This document shows, piece after piece, positions 1 through 12,029 of a DNA stretch of 64,000 bases. The notes beneath the pieces are model-generated. The model worked only from the letters and a program-made list of their open reading frames with translations, was not told where the DNA came from and ran no database searches. This DNA is from Epiperipatus broadwayi. Lineage: Eukaryota; Animalia; Onychophora. The DNA lies in assembly GCA_028023455.1 (NCBI GenBank), contig JAQFVV010000002.1, forward strand, positions 33,294,001 through 33,358,000. Direction: 5' to 3'. The first letter of the stretch is position 1. Every line of letters starts with the position of its first letter. A program made the translations under genes and the position numbers.

Positions 1-1430
1 TTTAAATATATTTTTGATTTGGAAAACAGGTTAATTAATCAAAATAAATGATTTTAATTAGTTAAATTAAACCACCTTCCATTTAAATTAAAAACACTCA
101 GATAAAAAACAATAAAACTGTTACAAATAAGAAGAATCCTATGAATCACAAAAACCATCGCATCGTATAATAAATTCAATCCTTCACATTAATATAAAAA
201 AATTTGAAATTATTAATCAGTGACTGAAATTGATTATTACATGTGACTATATTAATCGGAGTGGAGGAATTACAAGTCAATTCTTTCACTGTTAAAGAAG
301 GAAAATAACTATCGTTTCCTAAATTGAGGACCAACTAAATTAAAAACCTCCGAATGAATAAATAAACAACAAATGATAAATTTTTGAATTCTCATGGTAC
401 AGATAATTACGTTTTAAAATCGTAAGAACTTATATATTCACTTGAAACAATAAGAACTCTAAATTTTAAAACTTTTTATTAAATGATGCTATAGAATCCT
501 ATCTGACCAAACTAAATTCTTTATTAATAATGTTATTTGATGTATTTTTTTCTTATTTATTTTGTAAAATCATTTCCATTTATTTATTTTTGTTCTTTAA
601 TTTTATTATGATTTTTTTTCCTTAAATTAATTATATAAATTTAAACTTAATTAATGTGTATAGATTTTAAAGTATATTAAGAATTTAGTATTTATTTTGT
701 TAGATTGGTCAATGATTATATATTGATTAGTTAGTAGCTATGAATCCACTGCAGATTTATATACCCTTCCGTTTGCCTATGGAAGGATATAATCGATAGT
801 TCCTTTCTATGAGTTTTTGTTTTTTTCTTCTCAGATAATTAAATTCCTATCTCATAACAATTTCTTCTTTTAACCTTTTTCTCCTATTTTATTACATTGA
901 ATACATGATTATCAGATGAATTGATCAGTTTGACTACAATTTTACTAAGATTAAATAGGATAGAATATTTTAATTTCAATCAAATCTATGTATATTCATA
1001 CTCACCCTAAATAAAAATCATTAAATTTAAGTTGTTTATAATGATTGTTTATTTAACTATGTTTTGTTTTCATATTTGATCAAAATATAGACATTCGATA
1101 AAATGATACCTTACGTGAGTATCTAAAAATTATTTATTCGATTCTTTAAGTTATTGTGACAATGCAATATCTTATGTGAATACTATTTTACGTATAAATT
1201 TCCCTCCAAATTTCAGTAATCAATGATTTTATATTTATTTTATGTTTACTTTGAAATGTTTTTAATTAATCTATAACGATCTATACATCATATTAAAACA
1301 ACTTTTATAATCCCATCTGTCGAACTTAATTAAAATTAAACTTATAATATAATAGAAATTAAAATTAATTAAAATCTAATAATTAAAAATAATTTAAAAT
1401 AAATTAACACTAAAAAATTTTAATCTTATA
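1..1430. pseudogene. Probable heavily decayed NUMT (ND4L-like on -, AT-rich ND6-like stretch, cytochrome b-like on +)
   Basis: Mito code. Minus ~150-350 gives SKR.LFSFFNSESI..L and CEG (cf. ND4L SNRKHLLSMLLSLEFIVL...CEG). Plus strand gives AM..TADL (737-760), W...T.L.R (903-950), DKMIPY (1097-1115) and PP.....WFY...LK (1200-1260), colinear with cytb motifs. Order matches the arthropod ND4L(-)/ND6/CYTB(+) block. Many stops and indels. Confidence 0.4.
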
Positions 1431-1721
1431 TATATTCTAAATAAATGTTTTATGTTAATTCTCATGCTTATTTTATTCCTTTTTTTATATATATCTTAGA
1501 TTATCTTATTAAATCTCTCTATTCCACTACTAGTACATCAACAATCAATATTTAAAAAAAAAATTTTTTTTTTTTACTCAATCTCCACTTTAAAATTTAT
1601 CTGTTCACTAGACTAGTTCGAAGTCTCTCATGTAAATATGTATATAGCCTGCATGTTAGATATTAAATAGTAGCTTCAATATCTGCCCAGCCCTTATATA
1701 TGTAATTAAATGATTATATCC

Positions 1722-2115
1722 TGTACATGAGGGGTCAAGGTGACTTATGGTCAACCTGGGTGTGATGAGATTGTCGGCATCAGTGTGGGTTTTGAGCGTT
1801 CCATCATCAGATTTTCAATAGGATGGAAGGCTGAAGAGTAGGAGAGTGGAGTGGATTGAAGCCTGTCCATTAAAGTATGAAGATTGGTTATTTTAATATA
1901 TATATATATGCGAACTTATTGTATATATGTGTAGAGATGATATTTTGGACCAACTGATGAGTGCTGCTTTAATACGAAATACATAATATTGGTGATTATT
2001 TATCTTTTAGACATATATGTGGTCAAGGGTATCAGTGGCGTGAGATAGTGTGGAGAGTTGAGGGTCATGTGAAAGTCTGAGATCAAAATACCCTTTATAT
2101 TACATTGTTTGTACA
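1722..2115 (+). mobile_element. Family B hammerhead-bearing repeat, longest single-orientation copy
   Basis: Homologous to 25207-25826, 31438-31620, 38407-39256 and 45465-45700. Flanked by a 27-bp direct repeat TATATAGCCTGYATGTTAGAYATYAAA at 1641-1667 and 2122-2148. Confidence 0.8.
1947..1993 (+). ncRNA. Minimal type I hammerhead ribozyme motif (family B), stems II/III partly decayed
   Basis: ACCAA-CTGATGA-GTGCT-GCTTT-AATAC-GAAA-TACATA-ATA-TTGGT: stem I ACCAA/TTGGT, intact CTGATGA and GAAA cores. Confidence 0.7.
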
Positions 2116-2340
2116 GATATATATATAGCCTGTATGTTAGACATCAAAAAATAAATTAAAATCTGTTAAGACCATTTCACACTTTCTCAGTGAAATTATA
2201 TATTTGAAATACTACAGAATACTATTTTCAAAAAACCCTGCAATCTTATATGAACAGAATGCTGGTGTATTTATATTAGAGTGTTTACAATTTGTAAAAT
2301 TTTGTGCCTATTAAATAAGAATCAAATAAATCACGATTAT

Positions 2341-3545
2341 CATCATCATCATCATCAACCATTATCAATCCACTGCAGAATGAAGGTCTCTCCAAGTTTA
2401 ATCCATCTTCTCCGATCTTTAGCTTCTCTTTTCCACAACACCCCTGCACATTTTCTTATTTCATCCATCCATCTCACATGTGGTCTCTTTCTGGGTCTTT
2501 TACAATCTCTTGGAATCCAGTTTAAAATTTCAATTGTCCATCTATTATCATTTCTTCTAGCAATATGCCCAGCCCAACTCCATTTCAATCTTTTAATTTT
2601 TTCAATAAGGTCAGTAACACCTGTTTGTTGTCTTACCCATACATTGCGTTTTCGATCTCTTCTTGTTACTCCCAACATACATCTCTCCATACTCCTTTGA
2701 GTGGTCTGAAGTCTCTGTATTGCTCTTCTATTAAGTGTCCAAGTCTCAGATCCATAAGTAAGAACTGGTAAAACACATTTGTTAAAAACCATTCTTTTCA
2801 AACACATAGGCATATTTCCTTTTAGTATCAAGTTATTTCTACCAAAAGCACTCCAACCAAGTTTAATTCTATGATTAATTTCCTCCATTATGTTTCCATC
2901 TGTATTAATAATCTGACCTAGGTATTTGTAACTGTTAACTTCTTCTAATTCTTCATAATCAATCTTTATTTTCATATTTTGAGCAAATCGATTAAACATT
3001 ACTTTGGTCTTTTTAACATTTATCTTTAGTCCTACTTTTCTACTTTCATCTGCTAACTCCTGCAACATTTCCTGCAGCTCTGAAGCATTATTTGCAAAAA
3101 CAACTACATCATCTGCAAAATCTAAATGACTTAAATACTCTCCATTTACTTTCATTCCTTTATTTTCCCATTTTAATCCACAAAATACTTCTTGCAGCAC
3201 TGCTGTAAAAAGTTTTGGAGATATGGAGTCACCTTGCCTTACACCTTTCTCAATGTTGATTTTTCCGGTATCATTATGTAATATAATTGATGCTGTTGCA
3301 TTTTTATAAATATTCTTTAAAATATGACAATATCCTGGATCTATACCTTGATGATCCAATGCTTTAATCACTGAAGAAATGTGTATAGAATCGAATGCCT
3401 TTTCATAATCTACAAATCCAAAACATAATGACAACTCATATTCATTTGTCCTTTCTATGACTTCTCTTAATACCTGGATATGATCTATTGTACTAAAACC
3501 ACTTTTAAATCCAGCTTGTTCTCTTGGTTGATGGATAAAAATCAT
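2341..3545 (-). mobile_element. RTE-clade LINE, 5'-truncated, young
   Basis: RT ORF followed by a (GAT)n tail (CAT repeats at 2341-2356 on +), typical of RTE elements. Confidence 0.95.
2355..3545 (-). CDS. RTE reverse transcriptase, C-terminal part (396 aa open frame; the ATG is an artefact of truncation)
   Basis: QPREQAGF, FVDYEKAFDSI, GVRQGDSISPKLF, FADD, YKYLGQ, KWSWAGH motifs. Confidence 0.9.
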   Translation of the reverse strand: MIFIHQPREQAGFKSGFSTIDHIQVLREVIERTNEYELSLCFGFVDYEKAFDSIHISSVIKALDHQGIDPGYCHILKNIYKNATASIILHNDTGKINIEKGVRQGDSISPKLFTAVLQEVFCGLKWENKGMKVNGEYLSHLDFADDVVVFANNASELQEMLQELADESRKVGLKINVKKTKVMFNRFAQNMKIKIDYEELEEVNSYKYLGQIINTDGNIMEEINHRIKLGWSAFGRNNLILKGNMPMCLKRMVFNKCVLPVLTYGSETWTLNRRAIQRLQTTQRSMERCMLGVTRRDRKRNVWVRQQTGVTDLIEKIKRLKWSWAGHIARRNDNRWTIEILNWIPRDCKRPRKRPHVRWMDEIRKCAGVLWKREAKDRRRWIKLGETFILQWIDNG

Positions 3546-3974
3546 TAACCTTAATGTTTTCCAACTTTATTTTCAAAATTTATTCACATGATAGTAACTG
3601 ACATTAAAGGAGAGAAAAATATAATTATCTACTGTCATAATTAAGGTGAAGAGTATTTTTTGTTGATATTCAGCTCTGCGAAAGACCGTTGAAGTCGAAA
3701 CTGTTGACATACATTTGTAAACAATAAATGCATATATTTAAAATAAATAGAAAGAGGTTATTATATATACTATAAATTGTTTACTATCAACACAATTTAT
3801 TTAAAAAATTATTATAAAATCTTTAATCAGTGTTTGCGATGAAGTAATCAAATTGATTTAGAAGCATAAAAAAAAATGTCTTCGATATCTAGTGCTTTGT
3901 AAAAATCACGTTTATTATTGTTCTTATGGTTTGAATAAGACGAGTTCTTCCATTCAAAGTTTAATGTTCAATTA

Positions 3975-4223
3975 TCATAAAGAGAAAAAAGAATTATTTA
4001 AATTCTGAATGCAATTGATTCCTAAATGCATATTAACTACACAAGCTTTATGAAACTGAATTGTTATAAAACTATATTGTACATCACTATACAAGAATTT
4101 CCCATTCTTCTCCTTTAAACCAATGATTTTTTCATGCCAGAGAGTAAGATAAAAATGCTCATTACAAATCACGAGAAATCCAGTTAATAAACCTGCAAGG
4201 AATCCAATAACCCAATACCAATT
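3975..4223 (-). CDS. Candidate exon of an unidentified minus-strand membrane protein gene
   Basis: Acceptor-like TTTTTTACAATTAAAG| then open frame NWYWVIGFLAGLLTGFLVICNEHFYLTLWHEKIIGLKEKNGKFLYSDVQ with one TM-like segment. No clear donor; may be a terminal exon or chance. Confidence 0.3.
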   Translation of the reverse strand, partial: NWYWVIGFLAGLLTGFLVICNEHFYLTLWHEKIIGLKEKNGKFLYSDVQYSFITIQFHKACVVNMHLGINCIQNLNNSFFSL

Positions 4224-4949
4224 CTTTAATTGTAAAAAACAACAACTTATTATTGATAGCGGCAACTGAAAAACTGTTATCACTGTAAGGTCTAAAATCA
4301 TACCATATATGGTGAACTCTCTCTATGAGAACATGTAAAAAAAAAATAGTTTCAATATTTCACTTGAGGATTTCTACGTAAACTTTTCTTTTTTTTGCTA
4401 GATTTCTTTCAAGTAAAATAAATGATAAGATGTTTGCATGCAAAAAGTAATTTAATGTATATACATTTAAAAAAAAGGTATTAAAACTTGAGTTTATACT
4501 ATTATCTCTTGGTGCAACCTATAATCTGTGAGATATTAACAAGATTAAAATTGTAATCCATAGGAGTTTTATATATGTGCGATGTACAATATTTATATTT
4601 GTCTATTTTTTATTTTTCCTTTTTAGCTTTTGATTTGTAATATAGTCTATGCGAAAATTAATGATATTGAAAAAAGGGATTTTTCAAAATATTTAACATT
4701 ATGTTCACTTTTTTAAAAATAAATATGTAACCATTATACATTGCAAAAAACAGCTACAGTTAATAATCACTTCATAATTTATTTAGTTCCTTAATTTGTA
4801 TTAGATGTGACACTTCAAAGTACTATTTTTAGTAGTTGTCTTGAAAATATATCGCACCTATAAAATGCAATTTTCAATTTAATAACCCAATATAAAATCA
4901 CTTTAGCATATAATTTCATCTTTCGTAATGCATTGCAAATCCATATAAT

Positions 4950-5149
4950 ATTAATATCATCTATGTTCTTTATTACTTTTTACAATGCTTTTTTATAATC
5001 CACTATGATGGTTTCGATTGCCCCAGCAATCTTCTTTAGAACTTCTATTTAGATTTGGAAATATATGTAGAAATTCTGATGATTGTTAGGGCAATCGAAA
5101 CCATCAGAGTGGGTTGTAAAAAGTAATAAAGAACATAGATGATATTAAT
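4950..5149. repeat. Tail-out palindrome (family I) with a degenerate hammerhead-like core in each arm
   Basis: Arms 4950-5046 / 5068-5149. Right arm CTGATGA-TTGT-TAGG-GCAATC-GAAA-CCATC; left arm (rc) CTAAAGAA-GATTGC-TGGG-GCAATC-GAAA-CCATC. Stem I not recoverable. Confidence 0.7.
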
Positions 5150-5439
5150 GATGTTACTTTAGGATAACAACAATCTATTTTCTAAATTATGATAAAATAT
5201 ATAATTGAACATTTCTTTCACACCTATAAATAGGTGTTACATTTATGGTCAGAGATTCACTTACTGAATATAAATTTTTCCATGAGACAGCAGGGATTTC
5301 CATTATTCTTCCAATTTTAACAATTATAGCAAGTATCTCTCTGGAAATAAACTGCTCAATATACAAACATAAAACAAAACTGTGTACTTTTCTTAATATA
5401 AAATTTAAACCAATATAAAAAAACTTAAGTTATTCATAT

Positions 5440-5565
5440 ATCACATGATCACTATCTCTTATACTAGCACATAATTGTTATTAAACAAGGCAAAACTCTC
5501 CATGTCTTCTGGCATCCATTGATTACTCTGATTGGCACTATTGTATGGAGAGTTTTGCCTTGTTA
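5440..5565. mobile_element. Family A short tail-out hairpin
   Basis: Inverted family A 3' end joined at CAT to a forward 3' fragment; AACAAGGCAAAACTCTCCAT / ATGGAGAGTTTTGCCTTGTT. Confidence 0.8.
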
Positions 5566-6119
5566 TTCATATAGTTAATGTTGTTGTATAAATCCACAAA
5601 ATTAACATCATTTTAAAATTTAAATGATTTTTATTAAATATCTCAACAATACATTAGGGTTGATATTTATTCAATTAATAATAACCAATTACAATAAAAC
5701 CATATGTTAGTGGAGTCAAAGTAAGTAAACAAAATCATCTTGTCATGATTTTGTGGCTTGGATTTTAATCGCTAATATAGGAATTAATAAAACCATTTTT
5801 TGTTATTGAAGTTAATTCCAGACCCCCCCAAAAAATGGTGTCGGCTAAAGCATCTTCTTTGAACAGGTGGTTGTGAATCGATGACATAAGCACTATACAC
5901 TAACACAAATACATACAGCATATAAATACAATCATATAAATAAATATTTCTAGGTAAAGTAAAAGATATGTCGGTTTTAAATAGGCAACTGCAGTGCAAC
6001 GAGCTTTGTAATACCCCCATTAAAAATGATGTGAGAGAAAAAAAAATTTTCAGCTTAAAAAAAAAAAAGCAACAAAGTGATGAGAATCCTGTGTTTGATT
6101 GTCCTTGCTTTACACCCAT

Positions 6120-6237
6120 TAACTAACCGATACTGGATGGCTAACTGCATTGAAATCTGAAAAAATGGTCGTTATAGTTGGCCCTGATTCAAATCCCAGA
6201 TTTCAAGATGGCAGACTATTGCACTAATCATTACGCT
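6120..6237 (-). mobile_element. tRNA-derived SINE head, decayed
   Basis: rc TAGCGTAATGATT (A box-like) ... GGGATTTGAATC (B box-like). Confidence 0.4.
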
Positions 6238-6598
6238 ATGAGGATTCTTCTGTGTGTTTGTAGTAACACATATAATCTAAAGATAACATACAAATTTAAT
6301 AATTTTCATTAAACATTTCACTTTTATATCATCAGTAATTGTCTACATACAGGGCTGTGCCAAAGTATAAAGTTTAAATGTTAAGTAAATATAATAATAG
6401 GCATAGAGTTTACAAAATATTTTATTTAATAACAGAACAATTAAGTACAATATAATAGTAGCTAAAAAAAAATCATGCATCACGTGACTATTATAATAAG
6501 TTTGTAAAGATAAAATTAAATAAAGAGCGCACAACAATTCTAAGCTTTATCGATAAATGCCACAAAAGAAAGCATTTAAAAATCTCTATCTAGAAATT

Positions 6599-6656
6599 AT
6601 TCCCATCCTCAGATCGGTTTCATGCTATTGGCAATCCTCAGTGAGGTGCTAGGATA
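6599..6656 (-). ncRNA. Minimal type I hammerhead motif (family G, left arm)
   Basis: rc TATCCTA-GCA-CCTCA-CTGAGGA-TTGC-CAATA-GCAT-GAAA-CCGA-TC-TGAGG-A-TGGGATA. Confidence 0.75.
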
Positions 6657-6946
6657 TTTCAGACATCAGATCCAAAACAACAACTTAAAGCCAGCACTTA
6701 TCTGATAGTTAACTTTTAAGTAGACAACTGAAGCTACTATTATATTTTTTAAGTCTTAGCGATGTTATATTGCTAAGACTATTAATATATAGTATGGCTG
6801 AAGAATTCTCAGCCCATATAGCTATTTAGGTTAGATAGCTGGATTTGAAGATGTATAGTGTCTGAAAATTTCAGATTGTCTACTTAAAAATTAACTATCA
6901 GTTAAGTGCTGGCTTTGAGTTGGTATTTTGGATCTGGTGTCTGAAA

Positions 6947-7005
6947 TATCCTAGCACCTCACTGAGGATTGCCAATAGCATGAAACTGGTCTAAGGATAG
7001 GGATA
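6947..7005 (+). ncRNA. Minimal type I hammerhead motif (family G, right arm)
   Basis: TATCCTA-GCA-CCTCA-CTGAGGA-TTGC-CAATA-GCAT-GAAA-CTGG-TC-TAAGG-A-TAGGGATA; the two arms imply an ancestral palindromic stem III CCGG and a GUC cleavage triplet. Confidence 0.75.
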
Positions 7006-9157
7006 ATTTCTAGTTAGATTTTTTAAATGCTTTCTCTTGCGGCATTTATCGATAAAGCTTGTAAGAGCTATTGCATGATCTTTATTTAAGTACAATCTCT
7101 TATTTGCTCAAATTGACATCAATGGAATCTACTTTTTTTACTAAAGAAAACTTGGCACAAAGTTTTTTATTGGCATTAATTTCTTGAATGCTTCTTTTAT
7201 GAGTCAAATCATATTATCAAGTGTATGCAATTTTCTTAAATCTACCTTATTTTTGAAAACTCTCCAAAAGAAAAAATCCATCAGGGTAAGCTCTGGTGAC
7301 TACTTTTTGATGCATTATAAATGGATTCAATTCTATTAAATTTCAATATATTGTTGACCTACTTGGTGGAAATGTTGCAAATTATTTTAATTTCTACTGA
7401 ACCTTTTTATCATTCTCTCTGTTTCAATGGTGTTTGATTATCCACTTTGACTGTTCATCTGTTAAATTTTCAGCCATATTTAATTATCTGTAAAATTAAT
7501 AAGAAAATAAACAGTATACCATAATGGATTAGACATTGTTTATCTACTTATGCACCCCTAGATATATATATTAATCATATCATAAAACATTCTTGTTCAA
7601 ATATGTTACTCAGAATTATTTACAATATATATGGTTAGAGGTTAGATAAAAAAGAATTCGCCTTTTGTCAGACTGAAAGAATGGGCGTTGATAAATGAAA
7701 AGTAAAATTGTATTTGCAAGTTTATTCAAAAATGATTCATTACGAGTCTGGCTGCAAATAATTCTGAATAACATATTTGGAACTAGAGTACTCTGTGATG
7801 ATTATAATCCTTAACGTTACATACTCAAACCTATCAAGTTATTTACATGCTGTTGAAATTAGTACTATTTGGTACATATTGTACGTAAACATAAATATTT
7901 AAACATTTTTAGATATATATACTTTTAAATTAATGATCCAAATTAAAAAAATTAAAAAAGAATTTTAATCAAGACCAGACATTTCATTTATACTCACACA
8001 TTTTTACTTCTGCCAACTAAAATATATTTATTATCCCGATTCATTAATGAATAATTTGAAATTAAAAAGAGAAATAAGTGTACAGGGAAGCTACCGATAT
8101 CATAATGTGTTTATAGTACATTCAACAAATTATAATGATTGACTGTGCTACTAATAAACATGTCAACGTAAGATTTATTTATTTCTATAGAGTTCTATCA
8201 TTATTTTGTATGGTTCAGTGCAGTGTTAGAGAGGTAGGTTATGGAGCTCCAGGTCCATGGATCATGATCGGCAGCTAGTGCTCCAACTTCTTATAAACTC
8301 TCGAACAAAAAACTCGATTTATATACTTATTACTTTTTGTACATTGTAACATACACTACATGATAATAAATAATCCGTTTCATATTCGTTTTAAAAACAT
8401 GTTTGAACTGATTTTCCTAGATAATGATAATTTCGGTCAGCAATTTTATTTTTATAATTTTAAAAAAATGCTTTCGATTATCCTAATTCTGATTTCTTCT
8501 ACAAATCAATTTTATTTAAACTAAAAATTTCAATTTACGTTCCATTTTTTTGCAAGACAAAAACATACTTTCTGAGTGTCTCTCCCCCCCCCCCATTATA
8601 AATATTCTATAAATGTTCAAGCATTTATGAAGATACTTGATGGAATTTTTTTTTTTCAGACAAAAGACAAAACCATGCTTTTCAAACATAATGTTTTAAT
8701 ACAGACTTTACTTCAAGTGCAAATTGATTTGATGTGACATTAAGTTTACTTCCTGATAATAATGTTTAATACAAAAAGAAAGTAAAATTATATTTGAATG
8801 CCAAAACTGAAATTGCAAAACTAGAGTATAAAAAAATACATAAAATATGCATATTAATATCTGGATATAGAGTACAACTTAAAACAATGTTAAAAAATTC
8901 TGAATATTTATTAGATAGAATCGACATTTACGTGTGTGACTGTTAAACAATGTTTCAGAAAGCAGAATTGATGAAGAATATTATGATTAAGTAAATACAG
9001 CATTCATATTATTATCAAGTGTAGTTTGTCACTGAATTTCATCTAATCTCAGCGAAGTTTATGCACAGTGTATTCCAGATTGATTCTCCAAGTTATCTGT
9101 AGTGTGATCTAAGAACAAAGACTTTACATAACGACATGGTTTAGTTATAATCATACC

Positions 9158-9200
9158 TTCGGAGATCGATTTCAATGCTCTCATCATCAGAATATCTTGC
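9158..9200 (-). ncRNA. Possible degenerate hammerhead core
   Basis: rc CTGATGA-TGAGAGCATT-GAAA-TCGA-TC with palindromic TCGA; stem I does not pair. Confidence 0.3.
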
Positions 9201-12029
9201 AAACCACTTAAGATGTAGCCAGTAGATGACAAGGAGCACAAACCCAGGGTACCTGCTACATGTACAGGGTGCCAAAATAAGTGCTCAATTCTTTTAAAAT
9301 ATATATATTATTATTTGTTAAAAGCAGATAATTGTATAATTTTTATATTTAATTCCATTATATATGTTACATTATAAATGAAACATTGGTTTGTATATGT
9401 TTGTGCTGACTATGAGTATGCATTGGGTTGATATTGAATCAAATATGGTAATAGAAAAATTTCTTTTTGTCAGTGTTGTGGCAAATGCGGTCTATGAAAA
9501 ACATTTATTGATTTGACAGTGATAATTACAATTTTCTTCGTTGAGTTTTATTATTATTTTTATAAGTAAAAAAACTAATTAAAATATTTTATATATACTT
9601 AAATAGATATACCAATATATACTATACATATTTATTATATATTTTACAGGTTTCAAGCACAAGTGAACAAAAAAAAAAAAAAAATCAGGCTTGAAATTTC
9701 GGAAGCAACGAATCTAGCACAAAACTAGAAATAAAAGTTGCAGTGAAGTACTGCGCTCTTTTCTGATAAAAATTCTGATCTATATATTACATAAGAAGAC
9801 TAACCCTCAAGTTTTCAAACCAAACAATATCTTATACTAACTGATTAACAGTCATCCATGAGCCAAAACCAATTTCTAGTCTGCAATTTTAATAATAGAA
9901 CTGACCACATAAAAAAAATTAACTTTGAATAAAAGCAAGAAAAATTACTTTTTTATAATATTTTGCAACAATACTTTTTTCTTACAAATAAGAATGTTAT
10001 CAGCATGTAAAAAATTAATTTCTAATTATTTATCAATAAAAAATTTGTAGAGATATTAATTTATATATATTTTGTAATTTTATATAAATGAGTACGAGTT
10101 TGTTACCTACCCCAGGGCACCGAAAAGTTAGCGCTAGTTCTGTTTACAACTTAGCTTCATCTGCCATATGCAGTTTAAATAGTTTCAAAAATTTCAGTAA
10201 CAATTTGCCAATTTAAATTAAAACTTAATGTGTGTTGACACATCATGGGTTAAGGTATTGATCATATATGGCAAGCATCTTAAAATTTTTGTGGTAAATA
10301 TTAAATTGTCACAATGTAACTTATGCATTGATTCGAGATACTTCTGCAGATATCTTAGACCTTTTCATTGGGGTACTTTGTGTATAATTGCAATTTATTT
10401 AATAATAAATAACAGTCTAAAATAAGGTAAGCTACAAATAAAAGTTGCGGCTATATAATTCTTATTTAAAACGCTTAGAAATATGCATGAGATTATAATA
10501 ATAAAAATACTAAAAGAATTTATTTTAAAAATATTCAACCAATTTCATGCATAAGCACTGAATATATTATACCCAAATATGCAAATCTGTGTGAATACAA
10601 TGGCTCTTAGCGAGTGAAAAAACGATATTCTCTCAACAGTAAGGAAAGATGTATAATATTAATCATATTTTTATTTTATTTTACGATAAGAGTATAATAC
10701 TTTTCTCACCAGGATAGGTTATGTTGGGATATTTATCCCCAACTAACAATATTTAATTGTCAAATGTTTTCATGAACAGCCTCTCCTACAGCTAAATGAG
10801 CTGATATTTGCTGTGCAAAGCTCTTGCGTCTGCACTTTTTGATTTATATTTTACATTCTGGTACTTTTTTAAAAGATGTTATGCCTTTTATAGAGCTGCT
10901 CTCGATGAAGTTCCAATTAATAGGAGTAATTAATTAATCTTTCAGAGGTGTCTTGCAGATATTTTAATTTAAGTTTTGAACTACCTGTCGATCTTTTCTT
11001 AGACAATTCATTTAAAAAAAATTTGTTTACAATTGTGTCTGCCATGTGTGTTCTGGGCTTAAGTATTTTCTGCTGTAAAAAAATGAGACTGCGGCATGCT
11101 GCAAAAGTTCTTAATTAGCTACTTTGCTGACACAATGTATATTATTGTTTAAAACCCTATCAGGAGACATTTAGCCTTTTCTTTTGTATTGAATATGTTG
11201 TATGGTTAACTACAAGAAGTGCTTTTTCCAATCACATCTCAGATCCAAGATAATAAAAATTTTGCAGTCTCACGGGATCATATCAAGCAATATTGAAAAA
11301 TATAAACTATTCCTAGTCATGCACCAGATTTCCAGATGTTTAACTTCAATAAAAAGACCGGTACTTCAAGAATCAGCAACCTGTAGCTCTCTGATTCCAA
11401 ACTTGTGTCTCTTTTCAGTCATGATAAATGTAAACATATTTTTTATTTTTACTTGTAATTTGTAAATAAATTTTTTCATGACACTAGAAGAGAAAAAAAT
11501 ATGCTTTTCCACACTGCTTCTTGGATTGAGCTCTATTATCGAATAACAATTACTATGTATGATGAATGTTTAAATAATAAAAAATTGTGAATAAATCAAA
11601 GTGTCAAATTTGTTTTTAAACTGTTTTTAAGAGAATATTAATTTTAGTTAATTGTTCTATTAGTATTCAAATGCAATCACAATCATTCAGAAATCCATAT
11701 TTTTCATCAACCTATTTTCACCTCATCCCGTGAGACTGGTGTAATTATTTTGGTCAGAATATTTAAACAAAATAGCCTTTGGTGTTAAAAAGATTGCTGG
11801 CTTTTGCTTTAGTTATTTATCGAGCAACGGTTTTAGGATAATTATAAGACTCAAAAAATTGTATGAGCAGAAAACAGGAATTTTTTAATTTGAATAATTT
11901 GCTCTCGCTTTGTGGCAGATTTAAAAAACAATACAAAGGGAGAGCAGCAAATATGATTCAAAAAACAAAGTGCCGACAGTTAGTGCTATCAATTACGTAA
12001 AATACAATCAATTTGAGCAATTTTGATAA

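Larger units (their letters stand above)
6542..7060. mobile_element. 519-bp tail-out palindrome (family G) carrying a hammerhead motif in each arm
   Basis: Arms ~6542-6730 / 6870-7060. Spacer holds three small hairpins (6752-6780, 6794-6817, 6820-6840). Confidence 0.9.
6350..7560 (-). mobile_element. Decayed Tc1/mariner element interrupted by palindrome G
   Basis: TA-CAGGGCTGTGCCAAAGTA at left, degenerate inverse TACTTATGCACCCCTA at right. Minus-strand SPELTLMDFFFWRVFKNKV (~7230-7300) matches the SPDLxPxDFxLWGxLK transposase motif. Confidence 0.65.

Noticed and set aside
2281-2771. Plus-strand ORFs including a poly-His tract
   Set aside because: Antisense shadow of the RTE; the His run is the (CAT)n complement of its 3' tail
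10102-10142. hAT-like terminus (CCCCAGGGCACCGAAAAGTTAGCGCTAGTTCTG)
   Set aside because: No partner terminus or coding remnant found, so no element can be delimited
11266-11739. 14-bp inverted repeat CAGTCTCACGGGAT / ATCCCGTGAGACTG as TIRs
   Set aside because: No TSD and no second copy; insufficient support
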